Below, one piece after another: positions 62,048-64,000 of a DNA stretch of 64,000 bases; the first letter of the stretch is position 1, and the number at the start of each line of letters is the position of its first letter. Location: NCBI GenBank assembly GCA_963756165.1, contig CAVWMO010000004.1, positions 2,543-66,542 on the forward strand, given 5' to 3'. Source of the DNA: Vulcanimicrobiota bacterium (lineage in GTDB: Bacteria > Vulcanimicrobiota > Vulcanimicrobiia > Vulcanimicrobiales > Vulcanimicrobiaceae). The position numbers and the translations under genes are program-made. The notes beneath the pieces are model-generated. The model made no database searches. It saw only the letters and a list, made by a program, of their open reading frames with translations, and had not been told where the DNA came from.

Positions 62048-62931
62048 GTGTGCCTGATTCCCTGGATGGAGCCGCGCTCGATTCTCAGCGCGATCCCAGG
62101 CTTCATGTGAAACGTGCCGGTGCCGCCGCGCTCGAGCGCGAGCACCGCGGCCTCGATGTGTGAAAAGTCGACGTCGCGCAATCCGTCTTCCGCAGCCAGT
62201 CGCTCGCGGATAGAACGACGCAGACTCGACCGCGGCGCGGCGTCGTGCTCGTCCGCAAGCAGATCCGCAGCCCGCGCAACGGCTCGATCGAGCCCCGGGA
62301 AGAGCGGACGCAGCGTCGCCAAGGCCTCGCGCACGGCGTTGCGCCGCAGACCCGGTTGCGAGTTGGTCGGATCGACGGCGTACGGCAAGGCCTTGACGTG
62401 ACAATATGCGCGCAGCGTCTCGGAAGAGACTCCGAGCAGCGGACGCGCGAGGTCGACGGCCGGCGCGACGCGACGGCGGCGCGGCATGCCGCGCAGCCCG
62501 TTCGGACCCGTTCCCCGCAGCAGCGCCAGCACGACGGTTTCGCTCTGATCTTCCGCGTGATGCGCGGTCGCGATGACGGTGCACGCACGCCGTCTCGCCG
62601 CGGCGCACAGCGCGCGGTAGCGTGCGGCCCGAAGGCGCTGCTCGTCGGCGGCCGACGCCGCGAGCGCGATCGTCTCGAGGGGCATCTCGTAGCGCGCCGC
62701 AAGCTCCAGCGCTACGCATTCGTCCTGCCATGCCGATTGGCGCACTCCGTGGTTGACGAACGCCGCAAAAAGCGTCAGCCGGAGACGCTTTGCGAGCGCG
62801 TGCAGCGCGGCGGCGAGGGCCATGGAGTCGGGACCGCCGCTGCAGGCGAGCAACACGCGCTCTCCGCTGAGCAGCGCGCCGCTGCGCTCGATCGCGCCTT
62901 CGACGTCACGCTCGGGATGCGCGCCTCTCAT
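62044..62931 (-). CDS. tilS: tRNA(Ile)-lysidine synthase TilS (short form).
   Basis: 295 aa with the PP-loop motif LLACSGGPDSMAL and ..TAHHAEDQSETV... Confidence 0.85.
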   Translation of the reverse strand: MRGAHPERDVEGAIERSGALLSGERVLLACSGGPDSMALAAALHALAKRLRLTLFAAFVNHGVRQSAWQDECVALELAARYEMPLETIALAASAADEQRLRAARYRALCAAARRRACTVIATAHHAEDQSETVVLALLRGTGPNGLRGMPRRRRVAPAVDLARPLLGVSSETLRAYCHVKALPYAVDPTNSQPGLRRNAVREALATLRPLFPGLDRAVARAADLLADEHDAAPRSSLRRSIRERLAAEDGLRDVDFSHIEAAVLALERGGTGTFHMKPGIALRIERGSIQGIRHT

Positions 62932-63380
62932 GACCGGCGCGCGTGCGCGGCGATCTCGCGTTCGACGTCGCGCTTTGCGACGGCCGCGCGCTTGTCCCAG
63001 AACTTCTTGCCGCGGGCCAGGCCGAGCTGTACCTTCGCGAGGCCGCGCGTGAAGTAGAGCCGCAAGGGCACGACGGTGAGGCCCTTCTCGGCGACGCGGC
63101 TCTGCAGGCGCAGAATCTCAGCCTTGTGCAGCAGCAGCTTGCGGGGACGCGTCGGCTCGGCGTTGGAAAAGCTGCCCTGCTTGTAGGGAGCAACGTGCAT
63201 GCCCATCAGCCACGCTTCGCCGTCCCGAAAGCGCGCGTACGCCTCGCTCAGGCTCGCGCCGCCGTCGCGCACCGACTTCACCTCGGTGCCCGTCAAGACG
63301 AGGCCGGCTTCGACCGACTCGAGGATATGGTACTCGTAGCGCGCGCGGCGATTGTCGATCGCGGCGTTGCTCTTGCTCAT
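62928..63380 (-). CDS. smpB: SsrA-binding protein SmpB.
   Basis: Reads MSKSNAAIDNRRARYEYHILESVEAGLVLTGTEVKS..RKLLLHK..GKKFWDKR. It has ATGA overlaps at both ends. Confidence 0.95.
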   Translation of the reverse strand: MSKSNAAIDNRRARYEYHILESVEAGLVLTGTEVKSVRDGGASLSEAYARFRDGEAWLMGMHVAPYKQGSFSNAEPTRPRKLLLHKAEILRLQSRVAEKGLTVVPLRLYFTRGLAKVQLGLARGKKFWDKRAAVAKRDVEREIAAHARRS

Positions 63381-63814
63381 CGTCGCAGGTGATCTTCGAC
63401 CGCCTCGAGCCGGCCGCGCGAGACGAAGCTGCCCTCCGCGTGCGCGAGCACGTCTCCCGCTTCGTCGAGGACGCTGGCTTCGACTCCCAGCACGTTGCGG
63501 CGCTGCCACGTGACGCGTCCGCGCACCTGGATCGGCCGCTCGAGCGGAACCGGTTTGCGGAAGCGCACGCTGACCGCCGCCGTCACGCCGCGATGGCCGG
63601 CGAAACCCGCAGCGTGCGCCATCGCCTCGTCGAGCAACGCCATCACGATGCCGCCGTGGGCGATTCCTCGCCACCCTTGGTATTCCGGGGCGAGCTCGAG
63701 CCGCGCGTATACGCCGGCGGAGTCCGCGGCAGGATCGAAGTGCACGTGCATGCCGATCGGGTTGGTCGGGCCGCACGCGAAGCAGTTGCCGTCGTCGAAC
63801 GGTACGTCGCTCAT
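63377..63814 (-). CDS. PaaI/hotdog-fold thioesterase-family protein.
   Basis: Reads MSDVPFDDGNCFACGPTNPIGMHV..GIAHGGIVMALLDEAMAH... The ORF track extends to 63910. Confidence 0.75.
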   Translation of the reverse strand: MSDVPFDDGNCFACGPTNPIGMHVHFDPAADSAGVYARLELAPEYQGWRGIAHGGIVMALLDEAMAHAAGFAGHRGVTAAVSVRFRKPVPLERPIQVRGRVTWQRRNVLGVEASVLDEAGDVLAHAEGSFVSRGRLEAVEDHLRR

Positions 63815-64000
63815 CGGCCCACGCTCAGGCGGTCGATGAGGTAGGACGGCAGTTGCGCCGCGCGCATCTTGCGCTGCACCTCCTCGATCGGGTAGTCGTA
63901 GCGGACCCACTCGACGCGTCGCCGTCCGGGATCGTAGAGCACGAAGGAGGCCGCTGGATTGAGATCGCGCGGCTGTCCGACGCTGCCGACGTCGATGATG
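63811..64000 (-). CDS. Metallophosphoesterase-family protein; C-terminal fragment only, with the 5' end outside the window.
   Basis: My translation is ..IIDVGSVGQPRDLNPAASFVLYDPGRRRVEWVRYDYPIEEVQRKMRAAQLPSYLIDRLSVGR*. The stop overlaps the downstream ATG (ATGA). Confidence 0.6.
   Translation of the reverse strand, partial: IIDVGSVGQPRDLNPAASFVLYDPGRRRVEWVRYDYPIEEVQRKMRAAQLPSYLIDRLSVGR

Overview
This is a high-GC (about 67%) bacterial chromosomal segment. It is almost entirely housekeeping genes, mostly on the minus strand, and many are joined by 4-nt ATGA/GTGA start-stop overlaps.

Gene order resembles Terrabacteria/Firmicutes:
- rimP-nusA-ylxR-infB-[gap]-rbfA-nrnA-truB-ribF
- folC-folP-folB-folK-accB-accC-nusB-PBP1A-xseA-xseB-tlyA-nadK-recN
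- smpB-tilS-hpt-ftsH

The window nevertheless carries diderm-type envelope genes: two tandem porin-like barrels, an ExbB-ExbD-ExbD-TonB-TonB cluster and a heptosyltransferase-like glycosyltransferase. I saw no rRNA, tRNA, CRISPR array, transposase, integrase or phage genes, so there is no obvious mobile or defence island.

Most noteworthy observations:
1. Tandem porin paralogs carry an N-terminal copper-amine-oxidase-N1-like 'stalk' domain and a Pro-rich linker. They sit directly downstream of a phoR/phoB-like pair and an orphan pstB, and conserved direct-repeat boxes lie upstream of both.
2. A two-ring Clp/Hsp100-like ATPase has its N-domain replaced by a zinc ribbon plus a hydrophobic helix. 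It has no M-domain and no ClpP-docking loop.
3. A 400-nt non-coding gap lies exactly where ylxP/DUF503 normally sits between infB and rbfA. It contains a perfect 18-bp inverted repeat.
4. About 25 reading-frame disruptions are distributed very unevenly. About 17 fall within 34.5-38.8 kb (nusB, accC, accB, folK, folB, folC), and the BCCP there also lacks the biotinyl-lysine motif.
5. A dispersed intergenic repeat of about 120-145 nt is present in two copies.
6. A pair of M16-like proteins without the HxxEH zinc site is translationally coupled to ftsH.

All calls come from reading the ORF translations and the DNA by eye. No database search was run.
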